Part shown: one piece after another, positions 35,901-49,486 of the stretch | How positions within the stretch are numbered: the stretch's first letter is position 1 | Layout of the letters: every line of letters begins with the position of its first letter | NCBI GenBank assembly: GCA_976226885.1 | Contig: OZ320313.1 | Coordinates: forward strand, 159,278,001 to 159,342,000 | Source of the DNA: Iphione sp. A-MEVVRFRX5 | Lineage: Eukaryota | Direction of reading: 5' to 3' | DNA length: 64,000 bases | Translations under genes and position numbers: made by a program | Notes under the pieces: generated by a model | What the model saw: the letters and a program-made list of their open reading frames with translations, nothing else | Database searches by the model: none | Told to the model about the DNA's origin: nothing

Positions 35901-38329
35901 TGGTTCTCCCCTGCGACACGGCGCCGGGGGCCCCGTGTAATCTCGGCACATTTGGCGTCCGCGAGGACCATCAGCGCTTCGGCTAGTGGTACGATAAGTC
36001 CCGTTATCACCTGAACCTGTTTTAGACCGGGGACCCTGATTATGGCTCCGGGGCCTCCAGGGCGGGTGGACCGCGACCAAAGATAACAAGCCCCTCCTAC
36101 CTTGGGTCATCAGTAGACAATACCATTCCCTTAGCCCTGACGCTGCACGGTGGCTTTCATGGTACTTTTGACAGTGGCTTCCCCACTGGCTTCCTCATCT
36201 GTGGCTTCACTCCTTTTCAAGATTCGTGCTATTTACAGCATTGCGAATATTCCCGCTTTCTACTTGCCTCATCACGAGGCCCGCCCACCAGCCGCAAGGC
36301 AGCTGAAACCACCCTGCCCTCGTTCTCTATCTCATTCAGTGACCCTAGCAACTAAGAGAGATTGTCGGCCAGATCTGGTTAGCCGCCGTTACACATTGCC
36401 GCATACTCTGACAACATTGTGCCATACATGGCTTTCTTACCAACGATTTCAGCGATGATTGGAAGCCGGAAATTGTATTAGCCAGCGTCGTGCTACAGCG
36501 ATAGATCTGCCACAGGGCGTCGAAGGTGCCTGCCACTTTCTGTGTCCCCCCACCCCTCATCCATTGGCTGAATTGCGCCTAAGGCTGAGTAGCAGGGATG
36601 TGAGAAGTCCGATATCTGTCCTCCCACCGTTATGTTCCTTTCGCTGCGATGTGGTGGAATTTTTACCTCACCGAGTATCTTTCTATACGAACGCCTTCCT
36701 GTCCATTTAGAATGCTGATAGTTCTGTGAAGTGCATTGTGTGATGGTCCCATTCAACTGAGGAGCTGCCTCTAACGCAACGCATTTGCAAACATTTAAGC
36801 ATCAGCGGGAGTGGTGTCTATTGAACAAAGGCCGTCTGTGTTCAATAGCACAGTCAGCAGTTCTAAGGCTTCTAAAAAGATATATTTCTGCATATATTTC
36901 CATAGACTATGTATAAAAAAAGGTTACTGGAGCAGAATAGCAGTATACATCATGAACAGGTCCCTCGATTCTTAATTTCAAATGCTAATATTGCACGCGT
37001 GAAAAAAACAATGGGCATAAGACCTACAAGCATAAAAGTGAATGTTTTTATGAATAGACTACAGCAACATCCATCTGAGAATTACTTTGGCGGCACATTA
37101 TACAGTGTCGGGCTTCCAGTCACCAATCACCCACTCTCCGTCGCACATCGCCTGTCCACTATCAGGGTGCTTCTCTCGGACCCCGTCGACCGTCGCCCAG
37201 CTCCGCCGGCCCGGCTGACCGTATGCCGGACGGATTCCTATATTGCATGATGGCACGCCCGTCCAAGTAGTATGTAAACGTGATTAGGCATCTCTCTGAG
37301 CCGACCAAGGATCCTCCTGGGTAGAGGGGGCAACCATTTGTCCTCCCATAAAAAACCGCGCTGATAGAAAGCATTACGGGCAGGGGTCTGAGGACGTCCC
37401 GCGGCTACATGAAAGGGTCAGGCGGGGGCAGACACTTACGCCGTGCCAAAGGCGGGCGACATGTTTCTCGTAGCCCATCATAGCGCTCACACCTCCTGCA
37501 TACAAATATGACAAGATTACAGAGAAATATGACCAGATTATAGAGATATCCATTCAGTTTACCACACACGTCAGCCAGCGAGTTGTTATGATGGGAAGTG
37601 CAATAACCCCACGAGCCTACGTGTTCTTTAAGAGAAACACTAAACCCCACAGGTCTGAAATGGCGAAAACTAAGCAACGAATGTGAAAAACCAGGTCTAG
37701 ATATTAGAGTTTCTATGAAACTTGCATTCATCCTCATCTTATTGAAAGATATTTCTGTATTCATGCCATATAGACAACTCTAATTGTCATGCTAAAATAT
37801 TAAAAATGTGACTCAAACTGGCCGCTATAATCTGTAAAATATCAAACTTCAACACCGCAACTTAAAGTATTTACCTTTGAAAGGTCACATTAAGAGATCA
37901 TTATAAGAGGACATCGCTCATCCTTTTCAAATGTTGAACAATTATACTTGTGTCTAATATGGATTTAACAGATGATCCTTCATATAAGCGGCAAGATATT
38001 TTTTTCCACAAGGAATACAAAATGAGTGCTGGGAAGGAAAATTGTCTCAAAAAGGTTTTTCTTGAAGAAGGATTTTTGAAGAGTCACGCAGCACAGATGA
38101 GTAAGGGAGGATTAAACACGTGTTGACGAAAGACTTTTGAAGAAGGCAAACCGAAGTAAAACTACTTTATAACTATGTGCCCGTAAGGAAACTCTTTAAT
38201 GATTGGAATTTCATCCTCTCCTAACGCCGTAAGTCCGGCCCGCCTATCTTCCACTTCCCCTGTTCCTTAATTGATGATCAGGCCCGCTGAATCAGTCCCT
38301 AGATGAACGTGTCAATCAAGTCTGTGCCC

Positions 38330-39560
38330 TCGGAAGAATATCTATCTCGATTCTTGACTAGCATAGCCAAATCAGCATATCGTAGATGCAGACCTTTGGT
38401 TTGTGTTGGTATGATCCTTCCGTATTTGGCACGGTATTTAATGACAAGAACATGTTAAATGTAAAAGTATGTCATATTTCTCTATTAAAGGTGTCTTCCC
38501 GAAAAACCAGTAATCACAATCCAGTTTGATAAAGGCCTATAAATGTCCTTTCTTTTAAGTGTAAAACCTTTGTTCTGAGGAAGGTATTTATATTCATGAT
38601 ATGTAACACCTCCTACATACAAGGCAGACCTCATAACATATATTTTTCCGCCATATGAGCACGTCTCTCAAATGCTAAAGCTCTCAGCTCTAACGCCGTG
38701 TTTCCTAATAACCAGTACCAACATATGGTTTGGCCGCCGCTCCTTCCGAATGTTATGTTCCCACATGGCATCGTATTAACCACACCCAGCATTGTTTAGT
38801 AACACCTGCCCGGCGCTGAGGGGAGGGAGTTGCGCACCGAGAGAGATACCAGACATGCCTGCACAGCCAATCGCCCGCCATCATTTTACCCTCCATGTCG
38901 TAAGCCAAGTGTTTATGTGCGCGACCATTGTCACCGGGAAGCCTTTTGGGAGTTTGATGGGATTCGATTAAGGCGTCAGAATATGCCACATTCGTTGCTT
39001 ATGTTTTAATCAAGGCTGATTAGAATACCTATTAGGAGAAGTGAAGCACCTGCCTTGTACCAAAGAGGGGACGCACTTTGGTATTATGTCTCCGGGGGTT
39101 TACATTGGTATGCAGTTGCATAGGATGCTTTGTTGCTATGAAAGGAGGGTAATGTGGAAGAAAAAAAAGGGAAAAGTACCACGGCCGTCCAAGCAAGTAA
39201 CCATTGGGAAGGCCCAGACGTTGCGTCACCATCCTCCTCCCTCTGACCGCCCTCGATCCGGCACTGGTCTCTCTTTACACCGCACTCATCGGGCATGCCA
39301 TTGCCAAACAAGTGGTGGAAACCTGACGCCCTTGTCGAGCACAGATTGTTTTGCCGCAGCAGCCAGCACGTGCAAACGTCGACAGATCAACATGGAGTTG
39401 TGCAGACGGCAGAAGGGAGTTATTCAAATTACGAGAAGGTCGTCCTTGTCTGCCATGTTGCAGTTATCTCCATAGATGTCTTTTCTCTGCCTGCTGGGGC
39501 TGACACAGGTTTGTTATTGCATCGCTTGTCGCGTCCAATAGAGGCAGCTGTACAGCAGAC
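38330..39560 (-). mobile_element. Decayed non-LTR retrotransposon reverse transcriptase (RTE/L1-like), with frameshifts and stops
   Basis: Remnants in the expected order: LICRRL..KQSVLDKG (from ~39390), RLGLP (~39220), TNVN, GTRQ(G)CFTSP (39061-39034; cf. GxRQGCxLSP) and HLRYAD-LAML (38388-38359; cf. LRYADD). Manual motif matching only. Confidence 0.5.
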
Positions 39561-42500
39561 TGGGTAGCGGTTTCATTTCCACAGAGGTCTGGTTGTTGCA
39601 TTGACAGTATGTCCAAGGATGATACTCTTGATACCTCTGGCACCGCCATTACTGTTTCTTTGAAGATATACGCAGGAGGAAGCATAGAACTGTGATCAGT
39701 GGATGGAAGGTATTTACAAACATTCTGAAGGTATATGGGAGGTTCTTGAACGTGCCAAACAATGAAGCTTCTACAACGGCATTATTGATATTTTAGTTTA
39801 TGCAAATGATGTCAGGAAAGACAATGCCATTTTTAATTATGTACTTCTACAATTATAACGTGTCACTGACTCGACAAAAAGGGCAGCCCTTACAGCCGAG
39901 TGTCTTTAGTTTATTTCAAGAAGCAATTTCATTTCCGTCGGATAAATCTGCCCGAGGGACGTCCCATTTACACCTAGCCTCAGAGATGGTAATTCATTGA
40001 TGGTATTTATGTATGGCATTCATTGGTGGAGGGCTTAATACCGAACCCCGGCCGCAGTCTAAGTGGCCTAATCAGGGCGAGCCATGCATCGAGAAGTGCT
40101 GCTCGCCCATTACCCCCATCCATCATTATGAACGGCAAACATGACAGTGAGTGCGAGCCGTGCTGGGGTGGCCGCATCCAGTGGTGACTCCTTGCGGTGA
40201 CCATTACATTCCCAGATCGCTTCATCTGTAGATGGACGTTAATGGCTAATAGAGGGGACCCTCCTCGGCACCTCGGATTTCCATCGGGTCTATTGAAAAA
40301 AGCTCTTCCGGCTTCGCCTTTATCGATATAACGACACGCCATCATTTTGAACATCTGAATCATCATTGAAACGTGCTCGCGTCGTATCTTGAAACACTGG
40401 GAGAGGCTGTGTTGTCTTGTTTGTCGTGAGGCATTGGTTTTTTTTAAAAACTTTTGTTCATACTCTTCGTATCTTAAATTCCCCAACCGGCGCCAGTCCC
40501 GTTTCTTTTCGCTGATTTACTTCTGGGCAGGTCGAAGCATTGCGGCTGTTTTTTTTCTGGAGTGGAAATGGAGGAGTGCCAGTGCGAGGTCACGCCCACG
40601 TGCAAAAGGCCATAGGCCCTGGTGGTGGAGATGGTGCGGGCAGAAGGGTAGTATCCTCAATGGAGGGGAAGGTGGGGAAACAGCAGGGAGCTTCAGATGG
40701 ATGTGATTATAGTGGCACCAACGGCGTGCACCAGGGACAGGTCTTTGGTCATAAGGAAGGGCGTAAATGTCACACAACAAAAGGCAACTCCTAAAGCTCC
40801 CACTGGTGAGTGCGCCGGTTGCTAGGTCGAATTAGTCGGCGTCAAGATGCTTCAAGGAACAGAAGCCGCTCTCCTCCCTCCTGCTCTCGGACCCTCTACT
40901 CACCAACATACAGGTCACACGAGGGCGAGCCTACACGGAAATGGAGACGGGCGCAGCTCAGAGGCCTTATGGGCGTCCTCTGCTATCAGGGCCAGGGCCG
41001 CTGGTACCACTGGAGGGTGGAGGGGGGCAGCTAGGGCGAGATAAGGTCTGATATGGTTCAGGGGCGATAAGCTGCACGGGATGGTTGTACGCTTTAGGAG
41101 GAAGTCCACCACATGTAGTAGTGTAGAGAGATGTGGCTTTGGGGAGGGCGACTCGCGCCGATGGCTGTGGTAATGACGGTGGTAATGGGAACCTGCCGCG
41201 ACATCCATAACGCCACCCGACGCTACACTGGCAGTAATCACCCGTAATCACACACGATGTCCTTCGGGCTGCGTGCGCAGAGAGATGGTACCTTAATGCT
41301 ATGGAAATCGCTCTATTCCCGAGATTAAAAACCTGTTAACGTAATATCTTTTAGATTACAAAAAGGATCCACGTTGCTGGCGGAAGCAACTGTATGACAT
41401 CGAGAGTCAGGTCATGATGAACAAGTTTCTCCGAAAGGAAACAACTTCTTTAGCTGGGCATAAATGGAAGCCAAAGCAATGAGCGGCTCCTTGTTTCAGC
41501 TGAGGAGCGAGACATACAAGTGGTCCTGAGAGTGTCTCTCTCTTGAGATTTATCGTATAGGTACTATAAATGTTAAGGGGCTCAAAACATATGGTATATT
41601 CTTCGCGGCTATCGTCCTGGTAGAGTACGGCAGTGGCACATGAAAAGGTTGCACAGAAGAAGAAGAGTGTCTTGCACATCTGAGTCTTATTGATCAAAAG
41701 CGCCTGACTCGATGCCGGCGGCTGGTACACCACAAACCATTGCAGAGAGGACAACATCCTTGCGATATACCTCTAAGACGGAGTATAATAGATAGCGCAG
41801 CCCAGTTGATGCTTCCTGAGCTTCAATTATTTCCCTGCTTGCAGTAGGATCATTGAACGTGCTGGAGGCAGTAGTGAGGGATGGCTGACGAAGCTGCGCG
41901 GGTATCAATAATGTCACCTGAGTTGACGGCAATAGCTCCTGGTGGCTGATGTAGCTGAGGAGGTTCAATGTATGTACGAGTATGAACAGAAAGGAGAGGG
42001 ACGTACAGAGATAGAGAGCCCGACCGCCCAATCAAAGGATATACAAGAGGCCAATTCCGAGATCACCTATGAAGCATTCATCTTAAAATGAACGCGTTGA
42101 GTGATAGTTGCTTGTCATCCCTTTTACCTGTTTCGTCAGATACATTCGTCATATGAGCCTCAGGTACAAAATTAGCTGACAGCCTTTGTTGAATCAAGGC
42201 ATTACGTGTGTGATTCTTTTTCAGGAAACGCCATTTCGCCCGTACTTAGATAACCTTTTGTAAAATCAATAAAGCAGTCACAGTGAAACAAACCTGGACA
42301 CCTTCGGATAGTACAAAGGTGTTTACACTCTGATCCACCCAAGAAGGCTTCCGGATTGTTCCACTGATAAATCTTCGGGTTTTTCAGTTTCGTTTTGCAT
42401 GAGAATTTGAATATTTCTTCTATTTGCGTCTTATTCTGTTCACCCCCCTCTTCTTGTTTGATCTTCAGCTGTGACTTTTGTCCCTCTCTCTCTCCATTTC

Positions 42501-42679
42501 TCCCCCAATAAAATACCCTATGTTTGGGATTCATTATTATTGTTAAAACTCATACCCATTGTATTTCTCATGTTATCTTACACTGACTCTTCAACTTTAG
42601 GAAAGCAAGAGGACGGTCCAGTACCCATCTCCGAACGAAGGACATTTTTACACTAGCGGCAAGATGAATAGCAGTTACC

Positions 42680-43150
42680 AGACTGGCGCCCTTAAATCCC
42701 TAGATTTATAACCACAAAGAAGCCTCGGGACAAAAGGCAATGATCGGTGGGCCTTCCTGACAAATAGCCTTTGATATTTTCGAGCGTTAGCACCACGAGT
42801 GGTGGCCAGCGTGCGCGGACGATGGCTAATGGCTTGTGGAAGGCGGTGGTGATAGCATCAAAAACACCAACAGCACTACCGCCAACAGGACTACTACCAT
42901 AGTTCCACATCTCCTGATGACAACCACCAATCGTTGGCCTAACGTTAGACACGGAGCTTGCCAGCAATACCCTTCTCTCGAAAAAAGCCTTTCGTCAACA
43001 AAGTTTCTCACACTAGCAACAGATACCTCAGGCCGTCTTGTCTCGTGCTGCATTTCTGTCATACTTGGCCTGGAGTAAACCAACTCTTTGTGGTATTTGT
43101 AGTTGAATCCCTGCGCATTCGCCTGAAACAAGGTCACTTTGCCTTTAAGG
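42680..43150 (-). mobile_element. Possible decayed AP-endonuclease of a LINE, upstream of the RT remnant
   Basis: FQANAQG..MQHET..GGSAVGV..GYLSGRP..VINLG(D) across frameshifts resemble the NxxG, QET, GGVAI, YxP and GDFN motifs in order; weak. Confidence 0.3.
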
Positions 43151-44045
43151 AATGTGAAAGTCACATTCATTTATCATATCTACCTTTTGCACAATTCTCA
43201 CCAAAAAGCTTATGTTTGCGGGATGTCCCACTACATAAAAAAACAGGTTGAATAAGGGGCTTTTAGTAATAGGATGCATAGTTTCATGAATTGTAAGAAA
43301 ACGTCTCCTATAACGCATCTTTGTTCAGCAATGATGATTATACTTCCGAAGCCCTTGGACCGAATGGCACATGGGCGAGAATAACTAGTGATGAAGCTCG
43401 AGAGGAGACAACAGAAAAATATTTTATGTAAAACATGCAGATATAACCTTTTATTGCAGCTGCAGGTGCTCTCCCTAATGCCGCTGATAAAAGGTCAATG
43501 GAAAGATATTCTTTGCGCAATAACAACGTATCAAAATACTGTATCTAAGGAAACGAGACGGTCGTAGTCCTGAGAACTTGATATTGAAACGAGATGTTTT
43601 TGCCATTTTTACCAATACCTTCTCCAGACGATTACCTCGTGTTTTTGTCATTAGAAACATTGTGAATATTGTATACATATTTACATACATGTACATGTAA
43701 TAGCTTATCGAGGAAGAAATGCCTCTATAATAATGGTGAAGTTTAGTGTTTATTTGTGCAGAAAAAAGCATGTGCCTGTACATATATACGAATGAGCCGT
43801 AATTTGTTTAAATAAATTTTGAGGCATACAAATCATCTGGAGTTTTACTCTGCGCTCGGCCAAATCATTTTGGTTCCTTTGGATGCCTCACGATGTCGCC
43901 AGTGCTGCTACTGAGGCTAGTACATGTATGTATATGGAAATTATATGCAATGTTGAGTTCAGGAGTGGGGTTTTTATTTAGTAATTTGATGAAGCAAATA
44001 AATGAATACTGTTCTGACAGGAGCAACACAGTGCTTGAAAACGTG

Positions 44046-44110
44046 GGATATTAAGAGAATGCTTTCTTTCACGAAAGGATATTAAGAGAATGCTTTCTTT
44101 CACGAAAGGA
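44046..44110. repeat. Perfect 31-bp tandem duplication
   Basis: ggatattaagagaatgctttctttcacgaaa x2 plus gga. Confidence 0.93.
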
Positions 44111-46741
44111 ACCCTTTCGTTTCGTCACACCTCATTAGCATGTGTGACAGCAAGCAGAACCAGAACTCATGAGTTGAAGAGTCAACAATTACGATCACCT
44201 AGGTGAAATCTAATGTTCCACGTAAATAGAGCCATTCGACACAAATACCCCCTCCTACCCTGATGATATGAATCAAGAATGCTTAAATATGTAAAAATAT
44301 CGGATACGGGTTTATCCAAACACACAAATCCATTTGAAGTGTCTTAGTGATATCACTGGAGTCGTATTATAAAAGGCTTTCTCATATTTGGATGGATAAG
44401 CTGTGTGTGCGCAGTCAACATCTAAGTCCCCTTTGCTGGAAAGGGTTTCGTATGTTAAAAAAAGTACGAACGTGGGAGTAACCTATGAGTGTACATGAGT
44501 GTGCATCGATATTCCCACAGAGCCTCTGGACTTCATGCACGGGAAAATTAGCAGAATAAACAGGGTGTATGCACATGAAAGTCTAACATGAAATCCACGC
44601 CTATATATATTATTGCTTTAATCAAAGTACATCCACATAAAAATTCGAAGCCAATTATAATGTTCGAGCCCTTAGGCCTCCATGCAGGAATTCGGAAACT
44701 GGGTTCTTGTCGGCGTTGTCTACTGAAGTTATATGAGGGGAAAATAGGACAAAGAGCTGACAGATTCATCAGATCCACCGTTGTTAGGCAAAGACGCGGA
44801 GGCAATAAGGTGCTGTGCGACATGATATGAACTGCAAACCGATGCCACCGATTTTATTAGCAAGCCATGTTTTGGCAGAATGACAACCTCTGCACTGAAA
44901 GTGGGCCGGTATTCTTGCATCATATCACTGACTGGTGTCTTTCTTGTTATATACGTGTATTATTTTTCATTTGTGTTAGGTGATTGCCCTTTCGTAGGTG
45001 AAAAAACGACTCCCAGCATATTTCTGTCAAAAGATGTTATGTTAAAGCAAATATATGGTTATCCACGGAAAGCGTGTGTTTTCCTGTTTTGTAAGTGTCT
45101 GTCTGCCTGTTTATGGTTACGTCTATCTTTCTGTCCCTTTTTTGTTTGTACATGTATTACTGTGTCTATGTCGCTGTGTACTCTGCCTCTGAGTCTCAGC
45201 CCTTGTCAATCCCTACCGGAGACCCGGGGCCCACACAATGTAGCAAAATTGGTTTGTCTGTCAAGCCCATTGGCGTTTTGGTTTTACCTGCTAGCAAACG
45301 TGTGATACATAGGCTTCAAGAGAAAACCTTGTGCCATGCCGCACGATCCATGCATCATTCTTCCGAGAAAAATGATCGTGCTGTTGTTGCGCTAAATACA
45401 TGGACATGTACGTATGTACCCACATCTTTAGTCCTGTATAACATCATGCAGATAGTTGTGAATACATCACCTAGCTCTTTGTACAGTAAAATATGGTTTG
45501 GTGAAATTATAAGGAGAGTTGTTGGTCCGTTAGTACTCATATTACTGTATTATATCGGGTAATATGATAAAAGAAAGGTGAGCTTCGAGGGCCAAGGACG
45601 AATTATTTTCGACTTCACGTACTGCGTCGGCAGAAATCGTAAGAGGAAACCTTTTTCACCTCCACACCGTACCTTGATATGTCCCTCATGTGAAACGAGC
45701 TGCTGGACATTATATATATAACGTCATTTCGTCTCCATCTCGCCAAGTTGGCCGTCCGTTCCCTACAGCTCAATGGTGCAATCTTCAGACCCGAGCACTG
45801 GACGAGAGCCGTCTCCTAATAAGGCAGTCGCTTTGGATGGGACCACACTGTCCTGCGGCTTGTCCGTGTTCGAGCCCACCACAGGAGGCCTGCGAGGGGC
45901 CGGCAGTGAAGTGAGGCCTTTACATTAGCCTACTGACCACCGTCTTCAGGCAAAAAGCTGATCATATCAATGTCGCACAATGCCTGCCATAATGAACGCC
46001 CGGAGAAGTCTTGCTCAAGGGCAGACATACGGTTTCCTCGGCAAGGGAACTATATCCGCTTGTGAATCCCGCTTTATCCAGTTCAGTCGGCCCAGAGATG
46101 TAGAATGTCACATGAGTTCCACGTTCTTCATTTTTTTTACTCTCTCTTTTTTTGGAAATGATTCATAGTCTCATGGCATGTAATTGTCAATTCTCCGGTG
46201 AAACACGTTACATATTTCATTATTCTGAGTAAGTGCAAACCCCCTTTATGGCTATTTTGGGATATGCTGGACTATTTTTTAAAAAGAAACTGGACGGCAA
46301 AAAAGCCTCAAACGCACCTAAGGGAAAAAACACCAATCTTCGTCTGTGATTTCACTGTTTTCCAATCTTGTTCGTAGCATTTCCGCCCAGTTCATGATTA
46401 ATTTCCTGGAAGAGGGGCCCAGAAAATAGGATTCCCTTTAAGGACAGTGTTTCCCATTACAAGAACACAAAAGTATAGTTTTTTCGATACCAATGTTCTG
46501 CTTTCGATTTTTTTGGTACCTTTTGTCAGATAAAATCGCAGTCTTTGAGGCTCAAACGGAAATTATAACAGATTGACGTGGTTTCCTGTTTCGAGATTGT
46601 TTCTCCTGCCCAGTTGGGCAAGTTGTTGAAAGAGGTAATTTTGGGTCCTAGCCTTTCTCCGATTAAACATAAGTGGGTTTATTAAGGAAGAAAAAGCCAA
46701 ACATTGCCTTGAGGGAGAAAAGACGGCAGGAGAGTCACTAT

Positions 46742-46747
<6 letters not shown>

Positions 46748-46792
<45 letters not shown>
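46748..46792. repeat. (GA)n microsatellite
   Basis: Perfect run of about 22 units. Confidence 0.97.
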
Positions 46793-46795
<3 letters not shown>

Positions 46796-49409
46796 AAAAG
46801 AGACGGAGAGAGAGAGGGAGAAAATATCAAGTATTTCTAACAGGTCCTTCGGTTATCACACGGAAGTCGGGTCACACGTGCAACGCATAAATAACATAAT
46901 AGTAGTGGCTGAGTTGAGTCCAGGGCCATATACTGACCCGCTGGTGGGCCTTCTCAGCTATCTGCTGCCTTGTGTCAAGCCTATTTCATCGATCAAGTAG
47001 GATGGCCATCGTAGGCTGCGTGGCGTTGGTGGCCGCCGCAGAACGTGGAGCCCGGGAGCTCGCTTAGCACAAAGACATGCTCCGGTCGGGGGCAGGTGTA
47101 GGCGTACGCGCCACCACCTCGGCTCAGTCGCCACATTTGTAGTTGGCTCACACGCCAGTTGGAGATCGTCTAGATCAGTAGCTGTCCCACGGTGTGTCGC
47201 CGCTATCTCCTGTCCCGGCCGCCCGCCGGTCTGCGCCTGATGATGCCGGGTAGGGGAACCCATGCTGGCTCCACGTGGCTTGTCCGTTGGCCTTTGAGGG
47301 CAAAATATCAGCGTAATATATTTTTCCCCCAGTCCATCAAACGATCAGTCAGTTGTACCCCAAACATCCCTCACGCGGCTGTACCCATTACCATGTTTAT
47401 CAGCGCTACTGTTCCCAGCAAGGCTATGTTTTCCTCTACGTGAGGTTGGTTGTAAATTGTTCGGTGCTGAAAGACTGTCGTAGTGTGCACTGATTTGGGT
47501 TTTTTATGCAGTACGACTGAGAACAACTCAATGCATCCTGGCAATGCCCAGGAAAACCTATCCGTGTACCTTGACGTACCGAATAATCTGCAGTATTGAA
47601 TCGTTGTATTGTGTCAATAATAGAGGTAACTCCTATCTTTGATATATTGAAGAATTTGAAGTTATGGGTCTTTCAAAGTAACGAGGCCTGATTATATACC
47701 TAACTGTATATTATATGGTGGGACGTGGCTATATCCTCTCCTCACACTGTGCCTATATACCTAACTATATATATATACATGTATTTAAATATAGCTATGT
47801 TTGTATCATATCGCATGTACATACATGGTCAAATCATTCATTGTTAATGTTATGAACCGTATCTGCTAGCTGGTATTGTATGTCAGACTTCAGTAACATG
47901 CATTACGGAAACACGTATCAAATCGGTGGTACGTCAGTTGTTTGCCTTGACATTTCTACAGGTATCATCGGGCCAGGCGGTTCGTTTTGGAAAGGGAGTC
48001 GTTCCCAGTTAGTCTACGTTCATTTGGTTCGGTAAAGTTGGGTTCCTGTCAGTTAATAGGCACAGTACACGTTAACGGAGCTACGCTGAAATTAATGTGA
48101 GGGCTGCAGACCTTGACTATAGCCGACTTCATATCATTATCAGGTCGGGATGTAGCGGACGGTGTTCGACATAGGGTGCCAGGCATTGATGTATGCTGTT
48201 GATCTGACCTGTGCGCATAATCTTTTACACACTACACGAGGTAAATTAATCTCCCCCCGAGCCCGTTTGGCAGCTGATCACCCGAGCCCGGGTAGCTCCA
48301 ATGAGGGCGCCTGTGAAGAATGCGGATGGAGGGAGGGTCTACTTCTTTGAAGTGATGATTGGAGGCGAGGGAAAAAGTTTCCGCCTTGGAATCCGCGTGT
48401 AATGGCCGTGCTGATTACGACAAAGTCCCTATTGCACCTGTTTGACAGTGATGACCAATTGTATTATAGGTGCGTAATGGTAAGAGAGGCGGCGCTGTCT
48501 GATGTCCTGAAGGTGCTGCCGAAGGGGGGGCCCCGCGGTGCTTGTTAACCCTTGCTGAACCCGGACTTTCTGACCTAGAGCAAGGTACCCAACTTCATCG
48601 CGAGGGTCATTAGTCCTTCTGAGGCTCCGCTTCCCAACTCCCTTAGTTGGCCTGTACTTTTATGAGCTCCTGGCTAACCCAGAGGGTCCTCCACAGTTAG
48701 ATTTCTTGAACCGCTTGTTGTGACGGTCCTCCCCCCGCCCCCTTCTCGTCAATCAAACTATATCCCTCCGAGACAAACTTTACCCTTCCTACCACTGGCC
48801 AACCTCAGTCATCTGCAGCCCCCATTTAGAGGCGGGTGATGGTGAGGCTCGTATAAAGAGAGACTGGTGGTCGGGTAGAGGTGGGTGCCTCGACACGTGC
48901 CCACCAGCGTTATTATTCTTATTATCGCGCCACCGCAGCGCCTGTCAGATACGGGCGCGAGCGACGGGCAGCAATTCTTGGCCGGCGCCCGATCCGCTGT
49001 CATCTTCCGTTTTACTAGAGGTGCTTGTTGATTAGAATCCGCCAATCCATCAAGGCGCTGACACTGAGGAAGGCAGCCATCAGGCGACCACGACGCCTAG
49101 CCGACTGAGGCAGGCGCATGTGACCAACTTCTCCAGAAACAAACGCGTGGAACAGCAGCAGCAGCACACGGCTACAAAGTACCAGTCGGCTGCTCGCGAA
49201 CTGTTTTCTCCTTCTCTTTGCTTCTCCCGAGTCATCGATTGCATATTACAAATCAGTGGGCGTGTTGAGATGGGGGGACTTGCTTTCATCTTTGTTCCTC
49301 TCCGTGGCTCGATGCACTGTCTTGCACTGCCGCGTTGCTCCTATTTTCCCTCGCGTTCTCTCCCTACCCTCTCACTAGTCTCGGCCTCCACCTGTGCTCT
49401 TCCTTCCAA

Positions 49410-49486
49410 GTCTCTGTCTCTGTCTCTCTGTCTCTCTCTCTTTCTGTCTCTCTCTCTCATTTTCTCTCTCGCTCTCACTCGCTCAC
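49410..49486. repeat. Imperfect (TC/TG)-rich tract
   Basis: tctctgtctctgtctctctgtctctctctc... seen directly. Confidence 0.85.

Noticed and set aside
35900-36560. DIRS/Ngaro gag-like hints (MCRDY..C..C, W..I)
   Set aside because: Too degenerate, and no linked RT, RNase H or tyrosine recombinase motifs found.
41407-41757. RING-like EEYTICFEP...HCFGFHLC
   Set aside because: Most zinc ligands are missing; no splice or start support.
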